Shown: positions 53,890 through 63,111, counted from the stretch's first letter. The stretch: 64,000 bases of DNA from an uncultured virus (IMG/VR IMGVR_UViG_3300044513_001424) (IMGVR_UViG_3300044513_001424), one strand, 5' to 3'. Made by a program: numbers and translations. Notes: generated by a model from the sequence alone, not told the origin.

Positions 53890-55161
53890 ATGAAGAGTTT
53901 TTCGCAATTCCTCAGCGAAGCTGTAAAGACTAATGCATCCACGCAAGCCAAACAGAAAGGTTTGGTTGGAGATGGACATGGAGGCTGGTACGATAAGAAG
54001 GGTAAGTTTGTCGCTAAGACTGTAGATGGTAAGTTAAAGTTTACTAGTTCTAAGGGGGCTGCCGAAGATGATGCACCAAAGCAAGGCGGTCCTGCTAAGC
54101 CTAATGTGCCAGGGAAAACTAAGAGTGGGTCTGCTGCACCCGCTCCACAGTCTGCCAAACCAAAGGGCCAATCCGAGAAGGATGTTGCTAAAACGCCAGA
54201 ACCTGGGGACGCAGGGCAACAATCAGCGGAGGTAATGGGGCAACCAACCTCAGATGGTGTTGTGATTGTATTTGGTAGATTTAATCCCCCTACGGTTGGT
54301 CACGAAAAACTTCTGAAGTTTGCTGGTAATGAAGCTAAGAGAAATGCATTTGATTTGAGAGTCTATCCAAGTCGTAGTGCAGATGCTAAGAAGAATCCAC
54401 TGCAACCTGGAACTAAGATTGAATACATGAAGAAGATGTTCCCTGACTATCAGGAGGATATCAAGGATGATCCAAACGCAAAAACTATCTTTGACGTTTT
54501 AACTGCTTGTTTTGATCTTGGATATAAAGCGGTAACTATTGTAGTTGGTCAAGATAGACTATCTGAGTTCCAAAGTCTTGCACAGAAATATAATGGAGAC
54601 CTCTACGACTTTGAAGAGATCGTAGTTGTTTCTGCAGGATCAAGAGATGCAGACTCTGAAGGTCTTGAGGGCATGTCTGCATCTAAGATGAGAAAGGCTG
54701 CCGCAGACAATGACTTCAAATCATTTGCAAAAGGTATTCCCACCATCGGTAACGTTGAGAAGAAACAACTGTTTAATACCCTACAGAAGAGTATGGGTGT
54801 GACTGTTTCTGAGACCTGGGAGATTGCTCCTAAGTTGGATCCACAAGGACTCAGATCCGCATACATGGATGAAGTTATTTTTAAAGTTGGTGCTCTAGTA
54901 GAGAATGTAAACACTGGAGAGTGTGGTAGAATTACTAGAAGAGGCACTAACTATGTTATCTGCATGACCTCTGAAGGGACTATGTTTAAGTCCTGGTTGA
55001 GAGATTTGGTAGAAGCATATGAGGTAGGGACTGATGAGTACAGAGAGTATGTGCAAGCATTTACTCCTGGTCAGTCTATTAAGAAATTTGGTCAACCAAA
55101 GAAAAGAATTAAACCCACTATCACGCCATCTAAACCAAACGATCCCCCACATTCTATATGA
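53890..55161 (+). CDS. Cytidyltransferase-like nucleotidyltransferase with capsid-targeting-like N-terminus
   Basis: FGRFNPPTVGHEKL, VGQDR, SAGSRD, MSASKMR; starts MKSFSQFLSE; AATAAATA at 53857. Confidence 0.8.
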   Translation: MKSFSQFLSEAVKTNASTQAKQKGLVGDGHGGWYDKKGKFVAKTVDGKLKFTSSKGAAEDDAPKQGGPAKPNVPGKTKSGSAAPAPQSAKPKGQSEKDVAKTPEPGDAGQQSAEVMGQPTSDGVVIVFGRFNPPTVGHEKLLKFAGNEAKRNAFDLRVYPSRSADAKKNPLQPGTKIEYMKKMFPDYQEDIKDDPNAKTIFDVLTACFDLGYKAVTIVVGQDRLSEFQSLAQKYNGDLYDFEEIVVVSAGSRDADSEGLEGMSASKMRKAAADNDFKSFAKGIPTIGNVEKKQLFNTLQKSMGVTVSETWEIAPKLDPQGLRSAYMDEVIFKVGALVENVNTGECGRITRRGTNYVICMTSEGTMFKSWLRDLVEAYEVGTDEYREYVQAFTPGQSIKKFGQPKKRIKPTITPSKPNDPPHSI

Positions 55162-55712
55162 TACCTGAAGGACTGATTTATACTAATCTCTTTGAAATTA
55201 AAATCTTCAAGTACACAATCCCAGATTGGCAAACAAAGAAAAAAGTTATTCTAGATCTAGTAAATGAGACTGGTCTAGAGTATAAGGGTGGTTGTGGAAC
55301 TGATTACTATAGTGGCAGAGGACGAGCACCTTATTTTGATAAGTGGTACGGCCTTTTAAAAGAAGACTTTGATAGGGTTCTTCCTACTTTTGGGTTGCCT
55401 CTCGCGCCTCCAGAAACCTGGCAGATTTGGACACAAACATATCATCGTGGAGATTATCATGCTTTCCATAATCATGGAACAGCAAATCTCTCTGCAGTCT
55501 TATACCTAGAGTTTGATCCTAACGAACATCAGACCACAGTATTCACTAGTCCATATCCAGATCCTTTCTTTGGAACTTTGTTTGATCGTAATGTTCCAGA
55601 TGTTCAGGAAGGTGATATTATTTTCTTCCCAGCAATGTTGGGACATCAATGTGTCCCTCAGACTTCTGATAAACCTAGAACGGTCATGTCTTTCAATATA
55701 CCGCTTACATAA
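55158..55712 (+). CDS. Putative 2OG-Fe(II) oxygenase (TIGR02466-like)
   Basis: WTQTY...HAFHNH, SAVLY, EGDIIFFP...H, RTVMSFN. Confidence 0.78.
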   Translation: MIPEGLIYTNLFEIKIFKYTIPDWQTKKKVILDLVNETGLEYKGGCGTDYYSGRGRAPYFDKWYGLLKEDFDRVLPTFGLPLAPPETWQIWTQTYHRGDYHAFHNHGTANLSAVLYLEFDPNEHQTTVFTSPYPDPFFGTLFDRNVPDVQEGDIIFFPAMLGHQCVPQTSDKPRTVMSFNIPLT

Positions 55713-55749
55713 ATAAATCTAGGAAAAGCAGTCTTTTGTTGAAAAACCC

Positions 55750-57369
55750 ATGGCCGATAAGAACCTAGAGGACCTTTATAAGTCTATTTACGAAAAGAAA
55801 TCAGACAAAGATTACGACGGTGACGGTAAAGTTGAGAGCGGTTCTAAGGAACATGCAGGTGCCGTTCACAATGCAATCCAAAAAAAGAAAGGTCTGAAGC
55901 CTGATGGTCAAGACACCCGTAAAGAAGAGGTAGAAGAATACGTTGACTTCCTTATTGATGAAGGATACGACTGCTCCGAACTCACATGGGAAGACATGTT
56001 TGAAGAGTATGAGTCTCTAGATGAGGGTCTTCGCTCTGCAGTTAAGAGACTTCTTGGTAAGAAGGAAGCTCCTGCTGAGAAGAAACCTGAGAGCAGAGGC
56101 GAACAACTGCGTAAGAAGTATAACGTTGGTCCTGAGAAGTCTGACACTTCTGCCAAGAGACAGATCCTTGATCGCACTCGTGCTAAGAAAGAGAGAGATC
56201 AGAAGGAGTATGGTGGTTCTCACTACTCCAAGTCTGTTGCTAAGAAGTCTGCTGATGCACATGACCGTTACCTGAGATCAGGTTACAGCAAGTATGGTGC
56301 TGATGACCGCCGTGGTAGTGGTAACAAAGCACGCAAGAGAGCAGAAGCACTTAAGAAGGAAGACCTAGAAATGACTGGGTTATTCCTAGATTGGGAAATC
56401 GATTCAATCCTAGAAGTTTTCAACGAAGGTGTACGTGACACCGATCCCGAAAAGGGAACTGCTGAACGCAAGGAGCGTCTTGAAAAGAAAAGAGGAATGA
56501 AACTTGATGATCATCCTCAGTATAAAAAGGAAGAAACTGAGTATGTAGACGAGAACCGTCGTGCTGCCCGTGCTGCTGGTGGTTCCAAGGATGACTCCAA
56601 GAAGCAACCAGATCCTTCTAAGGATGGTTTCACTGGTATCGGTAACATGAGCATCGACCAGATCCGTAAGATGTCTGCTCGTATTGAGAAGGAAAAGACT
56701 AAGAAGGAAGAGGTTGAGATTATTTTGGGTGAAGAGCAACTTGATGAAGTCAGTCTCAAAACTAAAATGTCTGCTTTCAAAAAAAGAGCAACAGATGAGT
56801 TTGAAAGTGATGGTGATAATCCAAAAAATTACACCAAAAGTGGTGCAAGTAAAGCAGATAAAACCAAAGCAAATATCGTCAAGAAGCACGGTAAAACAGC
56901 AGGAGAGCACGCAGAAAGAGCAGCACATGCTGGAATCTTTGGTCGCAAGAGTTTCTCTATGCCCAAGAAACCAACAAAGGAAGAGTTTGAGATCGAAGAG
57001 GGTATGAAGGCAGCACGTGCTAACGTCGGTGCTTCTACCTGCTGGGATGGTTACGAAGCAAAGGGAACCAAGAAGAAAGGCGGTGAGGAAGTTCCTAACT
57101 GTGTGAAGAAGGAAGAGACCTCCTGGGCAACTCGTTCTAAGGTTGAGTTCTCCAAACCAGAAGTTGTTGAAGAGGAAGGTATTTCTGAAGAACAGATCCA
57201 AGAGGTTGCACCTGCAATCGCTGCTGCTCTACCTGCATTGAAAGGAGCTGCAATGAGAGTCGCTGCATCCCAAACTGCTAGAATGGCTGCAAAACAAGTT
57301 GGTAAGTCTGCCGTTAAGGGTGCTGCTAACAAACTATCTAACAAACTGAATCCTGGAGAGGAGGCTTGA
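55750..57369 (+). CDS. Modular charged protein, probable internal head protein
   Basis: Basic modules separated by acidic ExxxE linkers; CATAAATA at 55708. Confidence 0.65.
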   Translation: MADKNLEDLYKSIYEKKSDKDYDGDGKVESGSKEHAGAVHNAIQKKKGLKPDGQDTRKEEVEEYVDFLIDEGYDCSELTWEDMFEEYESLDEGLRSAVKRLLGKKEAPAEKKPESRGEQLRKKYNVGPEKSDTSAKRQILDRTRAKKERDQKEYGGSHYSKSVAKKSADAHDRYLRSGYSKYGADDRRGSGNKARKRAEALKKEDLEMTGLFLDWEIDSILEVFNEGVRDTDPEKGTAERKERLEKKRGMKLDDHPQYKKEETEYVDENRRAARAAGGSKDDSKKQPDPSKDGFTGIGNMSIDQIRKMSARIEKEKTKKEEVEIILGEEQLDEVSLKTKMSAFKKRATDEFESDGDNPKNYTKSGASKADKTKANIVKKHGKTAGEHAERAAHAGIFGRKSFSMPKKPTKEEFEIEEGMKAARANVGASTCWDGYEAKGTKKKGGEEVPNCVKKEETSWATRSKVEFSKPEVVEEEGISEEQIQEVAPAIAAALPALKGAAMRVAASQTARMAAKQVGKSAVKGAANKLSNKLNPGEEA

Positions 57370-57373
57370 TCCA

Positions 57374-59416
57374 ATGAGGACGTTCGTAGATCTCTATGAA
57401 GCAGCCTCCGCCGCAAGATTAGCAGCAGGTGCTGCAAGGCAAGCAGCTGCTGATAAACAACAGAAAAGGTTGAAGACTGCCAAATTGGCAACTAAGGCTG
57501 CTCAACAATTGAAGTCAGTAAAGTCTCAACCAGCATCCTCTGGTCCCCAGAGAGATCCTAAGGTTGTTGCTGCTCTTAAGAATGTTCCTGTGAGTAAGAA
57601 ACCTACTCCTGGTAAGGAATCTCAACAGTTCGTTGACAAGACCAAATCTGCAATGCAGTCTGGTCAGAAGGCTGATGCTGCGGCTGCAAAGAAACAAAGT
57701 CTTGCTGCTAAAATGGAGAGAAAGAAAAATCTCCAAGCAAAGAAGACTGAACTTCAGAAAAAGAAAAAGGCTGGTGAAGAGAAGAAGGCTAAAATCAACA
57801 CTGCATTAGCAAAAGCAACTAGTGGACCACGGGCATCCAGTGGATCCAGTATGGAAACTGGTGGTGCATCTGCAGACAAAGCTGCACTACAGAGCGCAGG
57901 TCAGGCAGCTAGTGGAGCTGCATCTGCTGCATCTACAGCTCTCGGTCTAGATAAGAAGATGGAGAGACTGAGAAAGAACATTGGCAATAGACTTAATCCA
58001 AAGAGAAAGAAAGGTCTTGCAACTGGTGCTGCTTCGACAGGTAGAAACGAAATGAGAAACAAGTCAACTAAACCCGCAGATCCTTGGAAAAAGACTCCAA
58101 AGGATAGTGATCCTTGGAAAGAAGAGTTCTCTCATTGGAGAGAGGAGTTTATCTTTGAGGTAGACGATAAAGTTCCTACCAAGAAAGAGAAGACAATCCA
58201 ACCTATGTCTGGTAAGAACACTATCATTATCAATCCTGACTCTATGCAGGAAGCGCACAAGAAAGATCATACATATCTGGAAACGGATATGAAGAAGCGC
58301 AAGAAGAATAATGAGAAGGCGATTGCTGACATGAAGAAAGTGAAGGACGATACTGTTCCTCGCTGGATGAGAGAAGGTTCTGACTGGAGATCTGAACTTG
58401 GACTTGAAGAGGGTGTGCTTGATGACGCTCTGAAAACTGATAAGAAGATGGGTGAGTTGCACAAGAAAGTTGATAATGATGTCAAGCGAATGAAGGCTGG
58501 CAAAAAGTTCAAGGAAGAAGTAGAGCAGGTTGAAGAGTTGACAGATCTTCAGAGGAGAAGATATCTTGGTAGAAAACCAGGAGAGTCTAAGGAAAGACTC
58601 AAGACATCCAACGAAAGAAAGGACAAGAAGGCTGCCCTTGCTGCTATGATGAAGCAGTATAAAGGAATGAAGGCAGGTATCTATAGTTCTTATGAACCTG
58701 AAGGAGAACAACTTCAAGAAAGACCTTACCAAGTGATGGGTTATGATAAGGAAGGTGGAAAGGAGAAGAAGGTTGGCAAACCAGTAAAGAGTAAAAAGTA
58801 TGCTGACGCAAGAGCATCAGAACTTTCTGATACTCATAAGGCAACTGGTGGTAAGTATCGTTCTGAGTACACCGAAGAGTTTGTTGATGAAGCTAAGAAA
58901 GGACTCTGGGACAACATCCATGCAAGACGCAAGGCAGGTAAACCCAAAAGAAAGCCTGGTGATAAAAACTATCCTGAAACTTTAAATGTAGAAGGTGTAA
59001 TGCCTGCATCGATCGACCCTGCAAAACATAGAGTCGCACAGAAAGCAACCAAAATCAGAAACCTGATGAAGGGTGCTGCAACTGCTGGTGAAAAAGAAGC
59101 CGCAAGAAGAAAGACCAGAGGACCCGCTCTGGCAGGAGAACACTATGATTGGAGAGGGGAACTTGGTGAAGGAGCAGCATGGACAAAAAAGTCTGGTAAG
59201 TCGGAAGCAGGAGGACTTAATGAGAAAGGACGCAAGTCTTATGAGGGAGAAAACCCTGGAAGCGATCTTAAAGCTCCCTCAAAGAAGGTCGGAAATCCCA
59301 GACGGGCATCCTTCTGTGCAAGGATGAAAGGTATGAAGTCTAAATTGACTTCTAAGAAGACTGCTTCTGATCCAGATTCTAGAATTAATAAGTCCCTTAG
59401 AGCTTGGAATTGTTGA
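57374..59416 (+). CDS. Modular Lys/Ala-rich protein, probable internal head protein (DUF6321-like C-terminus)
   Basis: Starts MRTFVDLYEA; repeated WRxE motifs; C-terminus GGLNEKGRKSY...RRASFCARM...SLRAWNC. Confidence 0.65.
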   Translation: MRTFVDLYEAASAARLAAGAARQAAADKQQKRLKTAKLATKAAQQLKSVKSQPASSGPQRDPKVVAALKNVPVSKKPTPGKESQQFVDKTKSAMQSGQKADAAAAKKQSLAAKMERKKNLQAKKTELQKKKKAGEEKKAKINTALAKATSGPRASSGSSMETGGASADKAALQSAGQAASGAASAASTALGLDKKMERLRKNIGNRLNPKRKKGLATGAASTGRNEMRNKSTKPADPWKKTPKDSDPWKEEFSHWREEFIFEVDDKVPTKKEKTIQPMSGKNTIIINPDSMQEAHKKDHTYLETDMKKRKKNNEKAIADMKKVKDDTVPRWMREGSDWRSELGLEEGVLDDALKTDKKMGELHKKVDNDVKRMKAGKKFKEEVEQVEELTDLQRRRYLGRKPGESKERLKTSNERKDKKAALAAMMKQYKGMKAGIYSSYEPEGEQLQERPYQVMGYDKEGGKEKKVGKPVKSKKYADARASELSDTHKATGGKYRSEYTEEFVDEAKKGLWDNIHARRKAGKPKRKPGDKNYPETLNVEGVMPASIDPAKHRVAQKATKIRNLMKGAATAGEKEAARRKTRGPALAGEHYDWRGELGEGAAWTKKSGKSEAGGLNEKGRKSYEGENPGSDLKAPSKKVGNPRRASFCARMKGMKSKLTSKKTASDPDSRINKSLRAWNC

Positions 59417-59417
59417 T

Positions 59418-59738
59418 ATGAAATCATACAGAGAGTTTATGTCCGAGAGTGTTAATATCTCTGGGGACTTTAATGGCAATTTGTATATGAACTCTGCTCC
59501 TCAACCAGAAGAGGTTGGGGAACAGTTCTGTGCTGACATTCTATATCAGGGAAGTCTGCATAGACTGAACATGAGAACTCAATCTGGTATTCCTACTAGA
59601 GAGGAGTTAGGCGAACACATTCAGTCTAAGTATCCTGGTGCAATTGTTCAGACAATTTATACGATTGATACTAAGAGTTCTCCTTACGAAGTACAAGACG
59701 CTAAGAGATATCATCCTGGCAAATTAGATTGGATTTGA
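59418..59738 (+). CDS. Hypothetical protein with capsid-targeting-like N-terminus
   Basis: Starts MKSYREFMSE; YPG motif shared with the 15498 ORF. Confidence 0.65.
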   Translation: MKSYREFMSESVNISGDFNGNLYMNSAPQPEEVGEQFCADILYQGSLHRLNMRTQSGIPTREELGEHIQSKYPGAIVQTIYTIDTKSSPYEVQDAKRYHPGKLDWI

Positions 59739-59739
59739 C

Positions 59740-61014
59740 ATGGCACAGTGGAATAAGAACACACAGGACTTTCTAAACCAAGAGAGGACTCTATTTGAGG
59801 TATTCAATATTGCCGACCATTGGGGTCAGCAAACTAACTGGGTGCCACAGTTTACTGGTAAGAATAGATTTAAGGTATCTCCATATCAGACATCATTCTT
59901 TAACACATTCCAGTATGGTCTAGAAACTGATGTTTGGGAAACCAGCACTACGGGCACTGCTTCTGCTGTTCATAATCCCAATTCTTCCAATGTCACAATG
60001 TCAGTTGGCAGCACTGCTGGTGACAAAGTAATCAGACAAACTCGCCAGGTAATGAGATACATTCCTGGTAGGGTATCACTGGTATCTTTTGCTATTCGTT
60101 TGGAGACTCCAGTAGCAGGAGTTCGTAGAAGATTTGGTGTATTTGATGGTAATAATGGTGCCTACTTTGAGGATGATGGTAGCACATATTCTTGTGTTCT
60201 TCGTAGTAAAGCATCTGGTAGTGTAGTAGAAACCAGAGTAACCAGAGATAACTGGAATGGTGACAAGTTAGACGGTAACGGATATAGTCAAATCACTGTT
60301 GATCCAGAAGCAATCCAGATGATTAACATTGAGTATGAATGGTATGGTGCTGGACAAGTAGTTTTCAGTTATACCATCGCTGGCGAAACTCACGTCATTC
60401 ATAAGTTTAACACTGCAAACTATATCGATAGTGTTTGGTGCTCCACTCCATTCCTTCCAATCAGATGCGAGTTAGAGAATGTAACTGGTGCTGCTGGAAC
60501 TCATTACATCTATCAAGGTTCTAACTCTCTCACCCAAGAAGGTGAACCAGAGAAACTCGGTACACTGATTAGTTATGCCAACCCCATCACTGGCACTACA
60601 CTGACAGCAGCAAATACATTCTATCCTGTCATGAGTTTGCGTCTAAAAGCTGGTGCTTTGGCAGGTATCGTGTTGCCAAGGTCTCTACAGGTAGCAACAA
60701 ACGACAACACGAATGTATTCTGGAGACTGGTTGAGAATCCGACTCTTACTGGAGCAAATTGGATAAATCACCCAAACCCAGATGCAATCACTCAAGTTGA
60801 TACAACTGCGACTGATGCTACTGGTGGTGTAGTTATTCTCTCAGGTTTTACAGTTGGTGGTGGTGCTAGTCTGATTGAACTTGACGACAAGGCAGCACTA
60901 CAGATTGGCAGAAGTTCTTTGGGAACTGTGAGTGATATATACACTCTAGAGTGTGCCTCTCCCAACACTAACAAAGCAGCACTGGCAGTTCTTAACTGGT
61001 TGGAACAGAGATGA
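59740..61014 (+). CDS. Putative virion structural protein
   Basis: Thr/Gly-rich beta-type sequence (RQTRQVMRYIPGR, WNGDKLDG, YEWYGAG) in the late region. Confidence 0.6.
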   Translation: MAQWNKNTQDFLNQERTLFEVFNIADHWGQQTNWVPQFTGKNRFKVSPYQTSFFNTFQYGLETDVWETSTTGTASAVHNPNSSNVTMSVGSTAGDKVIRQTRQVMRYIPGRVSLVSFAIRLETPVAGVRRRFGVFDGNNGAYFEDDGSTYSCVLRSKASGSVVETRVTRDNWNGDKLDGNGYSQITVDPEAIQMINIEYEWYGAGQVVFSYTIAGETHVIHKFNTANYIDSVWCSTPFLPIRCELENVTGAAGTHYIYQGSNSLTQEGEPEKLGTLISYANPITGTTLTAANTFYPVMSLRLKAGALAGIVLPRSLQVATNDNTNVFWRLVENPTLTGANWINHPNPDAITQVDTTATDATGGVVILSGFTVGGGASLIELDDKAALQIGRSSLGTVSDIYTLECASPNTNKAALAVLNWLEQR

Positions 61015-61171
61015 TTAACTATTGTTTCGCAACACTTAAGCAATAGTTAAAATAAGTACAATTTATAACACAAATTAGGTATTTTTTGTATGTAAATACC
61101 CATATTGTTACACAAATTTACACACAAAACAATAAATACGATTATAATGGTACATGTTGATACTCTAAGCT

Positions 61172-61372
61172 ATGTACGTTTTTTACGTCCTAGTTGCCTT
61201 CTTTCTCATCCTTGTGGCTTATGCGGGGTGGGAGGAGACAATGCGTCTAATTGCTTTTGTTGAGTTACAAGTGAAGTATGCATATGTGAGAGTTAGAATG
61301 TATCAAATGAAAAAGAGACTCGAAAGAGAACTCAACTTACCCGCAAAAGATTGGAGGGACTTTGATGTCTGA
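61172..61372 (+). CDS. Small membrane protein
   Basis: Hydrophobic N-terminal helix. Confidence 0.55.
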   Translation: MYVFYVLVAFFLILVAYAGWEETMRLIAFVELQVKYAYVRVRMYQMKKRLERELNLPAKDWRDFDV

Positions 61373-61598
61373 TACAAAAACTTGTAAGAAATGTGGTGCT
61401 ACATGGATAGATGGTCAGCACTACTGGTCTGGTACGGGAAAGTTGGGGAATGAGTTGGATCTTGCTGGTTTGGTGTGTAATCGTCTTGGTGATGACAATT
61501 GCATCAATCCTTTAAGAGGAAAGGATGGCGGTGATACCTGGGAAGCTAGGATGGGAGTCATCAAGGGAATTGTGGAAGAAGAGGAAGAGAATAAATAA
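61365..61598 (+). CDS. Small Cys-containing hypothetical protein
   Basis: CKKCGATWIDGQHYWSGTG...DLAGLVC...CINP. Confidence 0.65.
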   Translation: MSDTKTCKKCGATWIDGQHYWSGTGKLGNELDLAGLVCNRLGDDNCINPLRGKDGGDTWEARMGVIKGIVEEEEENK

Positions 61599-61619
61599 AA
61601 GAAACCATCTTTTATTACA

Positions 61620-61889
61620 ATGGCGCAAAGAACCAGGATTATTGCAACTGAAGAAACACTAGGAACTACAGCAGGTGCCGCCACTAGTATTAGTACCGCT
61701 ACTTGCGTAAGACTCTCCAATACTTCTGGTGGTGTTAGAGTTATTGCAGTTAATGCAACAGTAGGTGCTGCTACTTCCACCTTCTTTACTATGCCTGACG
61801 GAACGGTTGAGTTTCTAGAAAAAGAAGCTAACTATGTTATCTGGGCTGATGGTGCAGTAAAGGCAAACAAAGTAGGATTCACAGGTTGA
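61620..61889 (+). CDS. Small late protein, possibly structural
   Basis: AATAAATA at 61590; Ala/Thr-rich; ends KVGFTG. Confidence 0.6.
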   Translation: MAQRTRIIATEETLGTTAGAATSISTATCVRLSNTSGGVRVIAVNATVGAATSTFFTMPDGTVEFLEKEANYVIWADGAVKANKVGFTG

Positions 61890-62086
61890 TCGTGAACCTC
61901 TTTCTGAGGCCACTTACAGACGTAAATGATGTAACTTGGAGTATCATCTGGATGATGGTGATACTCCTTGTCGGAGTTATGTACGTTGTTTACTATATAC
62001 TAGGAATTGATAAGAGAGAATATGGGAGCGATGAAACCCCCGAGTCGGAAGAGTTGTTACAATTTCCGAGTGACGAGCATAGATAG
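61886..62086 (+). CDS. Small membrane protein
   Basis: WSIIWMMVILLVGVMYVVYYILG transmembrane segment; start codon uncertain. Confidence 0.55.
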   Translation: MIVNLFLRPLTDVNDVTWSIIWMMVILLVGVMYVVYYILGIDKREYGSDETPESEELLQFPSDEHR

Positions 62087-62480
62087 AGTGCTCGATGGAG
62101 ACACGATCGATGTCACGATTGATCTCGGTTTTGATCTTTATAAAAAAGAAAGAGTTAGAGTTGCTGGTGTTGACACCCCAGAAAAACGCACAAAGGATCT
62201 TGAAGAAAAAGCACTTGGTTATGACGCAACACACTGGTTGGAAGGAAGACTTGCGGAAGTACTTAATGGGTCTGACGATCTCGTTATCCGTACTGAGCTT
62301 GTTGGCGGTGTTGGGAAGTACGGGCGTCTTCTCGGCTGGCTCTATGTCGGAGATGCCGACGTGTCCCTCAACGAACAAATGATCGAAGAAGGTTACGCCT
62401 GGGCATACGATGGCGGAACCAAACAAAAGAACTTTGAAGAACTAAGGGAAATCCGTAGATCGCATGGCACACTCGTTTGA
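62022..62480 (+). CDS. Staphylococcal nuclease (thermonuclease)-like protein
   Basis: VLDGDTID, RVRVAGVDTPE, GKYGRLLG, LNEQMIEEGYA. Confidence 0.85.
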   Translation: MGAMKPPSRKSCYNFRVTSIDRVLDGDTIDVTIDLGFDLYKKERVRVAGVDTPEKRTKDLEEKALGYDATHWLEGRLAEVLNGSDDLVIRTELVGGVGKYGRLLGWLYVGDADVSLNEQMIEEGYAWAYDGGTKQKNFEELREIRRSHGTLV

Positions 62481-62631
62481 TTTGGATCTTGAGGATTACA
62501 CTATAATCCTCAACGCTTTGCATTATTATAAGAAGGTTGAAAAGAAAGGAAACTTTCAACAGTATGATGATGAAAGAATTAATAAACTTCGTGACAAAAT
62601 GGCTAGACAAGTTACAAACTTCTTTGGTTAG
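62464..62631 (+). CDS. Small hypothetical protein (55 aa, not in ORF track)
   Basis: MAHSFDLDLEDYTIILNALHYYKK...; fills the gap between neighbours. Confidence 0.5.
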   Translation: MAHSFDLDLEDYTIILNALHYYKKVEKKGNFQQYDDERINKLRDKMARQVTNFFG

Positions 62632-62634
62632 GAA

Positions 62635-62826
62635 ATGCACAACGCACTAATAATTTCTCTCTGCTTTCTACCACTTGCAGTAATATTCGTTATAATGAAG
62701 TTATCAGTATGGCTTTCTGTGGCTTACAAAGAGGAAAAGTATGTTGAACGAGAATCAAAAGTACCACATGGACCGTATGTGGCGGAGGCATATGCAGACA
62801 TTGATGAAGAGGATCAATGGGATTAA
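62635..62826 (+). CDS. Small membrane protein
   Basis: Hydrophobic N-terminus, acidic tail. Confidence 0.55.
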   Translation: MHNALIISLCFLPLAVIFVIMKLSVWLSVAYKEEKYVERESKVPHGPYVAEAYADIDEEDQWD

Positions 62827-62902
62827 AGAAAAAGAGTATCTAAAGAAATACTTAGGTGATGATTTTCACGAATAAATAAGATGCTCATTATTGCAAAATA
62901 TC

Positions 62903-63106
62903 ATGCTCTCATTTCTACTTCCCCTTGCCGCTAAGATCGTCAAGGATGCCGTTTCTAAGGTTCCTGAAAACGAAGAACTAGGAGAAAAACTAGTTGATAT
63001 TTGCCTACTCGTTCTAGAGAAAGCAGTCAAATTGACCAAGACAGATATGGACGATCAACTTCTTGAAGTAGTCAAGAAGGCGATTGCAGCACGCGAAGAA
63101 GCGTGA
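62903..63106 (+). CDS. Small conserved hypothetical protein
   Basis: AATAAATA at 62871; MLSFLLPLA...TKTDMDDQLL. Confidence 0.6.
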   Translation: MLSFLLPLAAKIVKDAVSKVPENEELGEKLVDICLLVLEKAVKLTKTDMDDQLLEVVKKAIAAREEA

Positions 63107-63111
63107 TACTT

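Noticed and set aside
56410..58732. Antisense Leu/Phe/Ser-rich ORFs (263 and 222 aa)
   Set aside because: Mirror images of Lys/Glu-rich codons on the plus strand
55750..59416. CRISPR-like or tandem DNA repeat array
   Set aside because: Repetition is at the protein-motif level only; no fixed-length nucleotide repeats with spacers were seen
61030..61060. Possible Pho box (CTTAAGCA-ata-GTTAAAAT)
   Set aside because: Weak match in very AT-rich DNA and no phosphate-related gene downstream
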